From positions 1,696,001 to 1,760,000 of the forward strand of contig CBDCWG010000012.1 in the NCBI GenBank assembly GCA_965223345.1: DNA of 64,000 nucleotides. Direction: 5' to 3'. The notes beneath the pieces are model-generated. The model was not told the DNA's origin. It saw nothing but the letters and a program-made list of their open reading frames with translations, and made no database searches. Positions 60,129-64,000 of this stretch are shown in pieces. The stretch is from Nitrospinales bacterium (lineage in GTDB: Bacteria > Nitrospinota > Nitrospinia > Nitrospinales > VA-1). The position numbers and the translations under genes are program-made. The first letter of the stretch is position 1, and the number at the start of each line of letters is the position of its first letter.

Positions 60129-61307
60129 ATGCCAGACCGGGTACGAAAAAAAATCATCCGCGGGCTCAAGCGGGTCGTGATCAAGATCGGCAGCAGCGTC
60201 ATCGCGCACCGCGAAAACGGCAAGCCCGATCCCACGCGCGGGCTCAACCAGGACAAGGTGCGCGACTTCGCCAAACAGGTGCAGCACATCACAGCGGGTG
60301 GCACCGAGGTGATCCTGGTTTCCTCGGGCGCGATCATGGCGGGGCGCGAGCGGCTGGGTCTGACGCGGACGCATCTCACCATTCCGGAAAAGCAGGCCTG
60401 CGCGGCGATCGGCCAGAGCCACCTGATGCACGCCTACGAGAAGAAGTTCGAGAAGCAGGGACTCAAGGTGGCGCAGATCCTGCTTTCCAGTGGCGATCTG
60501 GCCAACCGCAAGCGCTACCTCAACGCCAAGCACACGGTCGAGGCGCTGCTCAAGCACAAGGTGATCCCCATCATCAACGAAAACGATTCGGTGACGGTGG
60601 ACGAGATCAAGATCGGCGACAACGATACGCTCTCCGCCACAGTGGCCTGCCTGGCGGACGCGGAGCTGTTGATCGTGCTCTCGGATGTGGACGGGCTGTA
60701 CTCGCGCAATCCCAAGCTGAAAAACAGCCGCGACGGCGCCGAGCGGCCGGAGTTGATCGCGCACGTGGATCGGGTGACGGAGAAGATCGAAAAGCTCGCC
60801 GGCAAAAGCGGCAGCAGCGTCACGGTCGGCGGCATGATGACCAAGGTGCTGGCGGCGAAAAAGACCATGCACTTCGGCATCCCCACGCTGTTGGCGAACG
60901 GGCTCGACGGCAAGGTGATGGACAAGGTGTTCGCGGGCGAGGCGGTGGGCACGCTGTTCTGGTCCGGCAAGGAAAAGATCCGCAACCGCAAGCACTGGAT
61001 CGCCCACACGCTCAAGCCCTCCGGTATGCTTACGGTGGACGCGGGCGCGCGCAAGGCGCTGCTGGAAGGCAGAAAGAGCCTGCTGCCGGCGGGGGTGGTG
61101 CGCGTGGAAGGCGCGTTCGAGTTCGGCAACGCGGTGTCGATTCAGGATGACGCGGGTGCGGAGATCGGGCGCGGGCTGGTCAACTATAACACTGCCGATC
61201 TCAAGCAGATCTGCGGGCTCAAGACCATGGAAGTGCGCAAGCTGTTTCCGCGCAATTTTTACCCGGAGGTGATCCACCGGGACGATCTGGTGATCCTCGA
61301 CCCTTAA
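60129..61307 (+). CDS. proB: Glutamate 5-kinase
   Basis: KIGSS, SSGAI, NENDSV, GDNDTL, GGM-TK; PUA domain. Confidence 0.96.
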   Translation: MPDRVRKKIIRGLKRVVIKIGSSVIAHRENGKPDPTRGLNQDKVRDFAKQVQHITAGGTEVILVSSGAIMAGRERLGLTRTHLTIPEKQACAAIGQSHLMHAYEKKFEKQGLKVAQILLSSGDLANRKRYLNAKHTVEALLKHKVIPIINENDSVTVDEIKIGDNDTLSATVACLADAELLIVLSDVDGLYSRNPKLKNSRDGAERPELIAHVDRVTEKIEKLAGKSGSSVTVGGMMTKVLAAKKTMHFGIPTLLANGLDGKVMDKVFAGEAVGTLFWSGKEKIRNRKHWIAHTLKPSGMLTVDAGARKALLEGRKSLLPAGVVRVEGAFEFGNAVSIQDDAGAEIGRGLVNYNTADLKQICGLKTMEVRKLFPRNFYPEVIHRDDLVILDP

Positions 61308-61321
61308 CAAGGCCGCTCTGC

Positions 61322-61729
61322 ATGAGCAAGTGGTGGAAAAACGAGCCGGTGCGTTTCGAATGCCAGCCGGACTGCTTCAAGTGCTGCGAGAAACCGGGCG
61401 AGGTGTATTTCGACCGCGAGGACATCCTAAACGCCGCACGTTTTTTAAACACCACCACCAAGGCCTTCAAAGCCGACTACCTCAAGCGCGAGGACGGCCA
61501 CTTCTCGCTGCAGGTCAAACCCGGCGCGCCCTGCACCTTTCTCACGCCCCAAGGCTGTGGTATCCATCCTGCCAAACCCAAGCAATGCCAGAGCTATCCG
61601 TTCTGGAAGGAAAACCTGGAATCGAAAAGCATGTGGCGGCTGGTCGGTGGCTTCTGTCCCGGCATCGACCGCGGCCCGATGGTGCCGCTCGAGACGATCA
61701 AGGCCTACCTGAAAAAGTTCCGGATGTGA
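61322..61729 (+). CDS. YkgJ-family (CxxCxxCC) cysteine cluster protein
   Basis: FECQPDCFKCC...CTFL...CGIH-KP-QCQSYPFW...CPG. Confidence 0.88.
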   Translation: MSKWWKNEPVRFECQPDCFKCCEKPGEVYFDREDILNAARFLNTTTKAFKADYLKREDGHFSLQVKPGAPCTFLTPQGCGIHPAKPKQCQSYPFWKENLESKSMWRLVGGFCPGIDRGPMVPLETIKAYLKKFRM

Positions 61730-61739
61730 TTGGGGAAAG

Positions 61740-61821
61740 ATTTGACAGGATGACAGCATAAAAGGCGGATATAAGCAGCCTCGCGCAACACCCACAGGGT
61801 GCCGCCGCGAAGGCGCAAAGG
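61740..61821 (+). repeat. Composite left flank: GACAGGAT-type copy plus GCAAAG-type copies
   Basis: ATTTGACAGGATGACAGCATAAAAGGCGG (61740), GCCTCGCGCAA (61778), CCGCGAAGGCGCAAAGG (61805). Confidence 0.7.
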
Positions 61822-61874
61822 AAAGCAGACAGAGTTAACGGCTTTAAATATTTTTTTCCTTGTATGGTGGGTGG

Positions 61875-62177
61875 ATGACTGAAGCAATCAAATGGTTTCG
61901 AATCGAGGATGATCTTTCCATTCAAGAAGGTGCAGCCATTGAGGTATTGATTGAACTTCAAAACGGTGAATTGCGATGGTGCTTTTTCACGACTCCCAAC
62001 GCACTTTCAAAATTTGGAGATTGGATTGAGGGCACAAAAGTAAGGTTTCACTATGGGGCTCCGCATATGATAGTTGTCGATAAAGTTCTCGATGAAGAAA
62101 TAATCGAAAAAGTTTTGCGTGATATCGACAGCCGTGGGGAAATTCTGGAATGCACGATGCCCACTTCTGAATCTTGA
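61875..62177 (+). CDS. Hypothetical protein, AT-rich
   Basis: 100-aa ORF with atypical base composition. Confidence 0.7.
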   Translation: MTEAIKWFRIEDDLSIQEGAAIEVLIELQNGELRWCFFTTPNALSKFGDWIEGTKVRFHYGAPHMIVVDKVLDEEIIEKVLRDIDSRGEILECTMPTSES

Positions 62178-62198
62178 AGGGAATTAAAAGGAAAATCC

Positions 62199-62230
62199 TT
62201 TTCAACGCAAAGACGCAAAGAACGCAAAGG
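62199..62230 (+). repeat. GCAAAGAC-type tandem repeat (3 units)
   Basis: TTTTCAACGCAAAGACGCAAAGAACGCAAAGG. Confidence 0.75.
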
Positions 62231-62247
62231 AAACTGGTAAAAGTGAA

Positions 62248-62661
62248 ATGCTGGAATATTTTCAACTACAGCCCGAATCGCAATTGCCTGATATATCCAG
62301 ATTTAATCCCTTCAAAGCCGTGATCATTGTGGAGAACTCAGTAACTCCCGAATGGCAGGCTGAAGTCAGTTCATGGCTGGTGAAATCAGGCTGCCTGTAT
62401 ATGATGGCCTGGGGGACGGATTGCAGTTCCTGGGACGATTCGGTGGATGCGGCGAATCTTGAAAAATTCAACTTCAATGAACTCCCGGAAGACAAAAGTA
62501 TCATGACGACGTGGCATGAAAACGAACCGCTAAAAGAAGTTCTCTGGTTTGCAAAAAACACAGCAGTTCATCCTACGGTCGAACTCAACGATACCCTCTT
62601 GCTGCATATTTCCAACCACGATAAACGCCAGGAATTAATGTCCGAATATGAAAAGGCATAG
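62248..62661 (+). CDS. Hypothetical protein, AT-rich
   Basis: 137-aa ORF with GCLYMMAWG-CSSWDDSVD and MTTWH motifs. Confidence 0.75.
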   Translation: MLEYFQLQPESQLPDISRFNPFKAVIIVENSVTPEWQAEVSSWLVKSGCLYMMAWGTDCSSWDDSVDAANLEKFNFNELPEDKSIMTTWHENEPLKEVLWFAKNTAVHPTVELNDTLLLHISNHDKRQELMSEYEKA

Positions 62662-62665
62662 CCTT

Positions 62666-62688
62666 TTCTTTGCGCCTTTGCGCGAGGC
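62666..62688 (-). repeat. GCAAAG-type repeat, inverted right copy
   Basis: Reverse complement GCCTCGCGCAAAGGCGCAAAGAA. Confidence 0.75.
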
Positions 62689-62701
62689 CGCTTTTCTTAT
62701 T

Positions 62702-64000
<1,299 letters not shown>

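Noticed and set aside
61740..62688. Possible CRISPR array or integron attC array
   Set aside because: Repeats are not regularly spaced with 30-40-nt spacers, there are no cas or intI genes, and no clear RYYYAAC/GTTRRRY cores

Overview
GC-rich bacterial chromosome segment made up mostly of housekeeping and envelope genes: recG, relA/spoT, rpmB, flgM, mrp/apbC, an A-adding-type tRNA nucleotidyltransferase, ctpA, ruvCAB-yebC, mtnA, yggT-divIVA-yggU, asnS, rlmD, kdsA, nfeD and proB. The gene content (Aquificae-type soluble fumarate reductase pair, paired LRR proteins, multiheme cytochrome, sigma-54 regulation) suggests a Nitrospina/Nitrospinota-like organism; this is inference only. No rRNA, tRNA, CRISPR array, transposase or integrase was recognised. 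The most interesting unannotated signals are: (1) a sigma-54-driven ~115-nt small RNA candidate (53459-53572) that displays three CCUC/anti-Shine-Dalgarno motifs, plus a second CUCCUCCUCC-containing short RNA candidate (121-182, minus strand) under an 11-bp tandem-repeat promoter; (2) two families of short tandem repeats (GCAAAGAC-type and GACAGGAT-type) that flank AT-rich orphan genes in inverted orientation at convergent gene junctions, suggesting an undescribed cassette or insertion system; (3) a UshA-like/tetraheme cytochrome fusion followed by a DsbA gene. All calls come from reading motifs by eye; no database searches were run.
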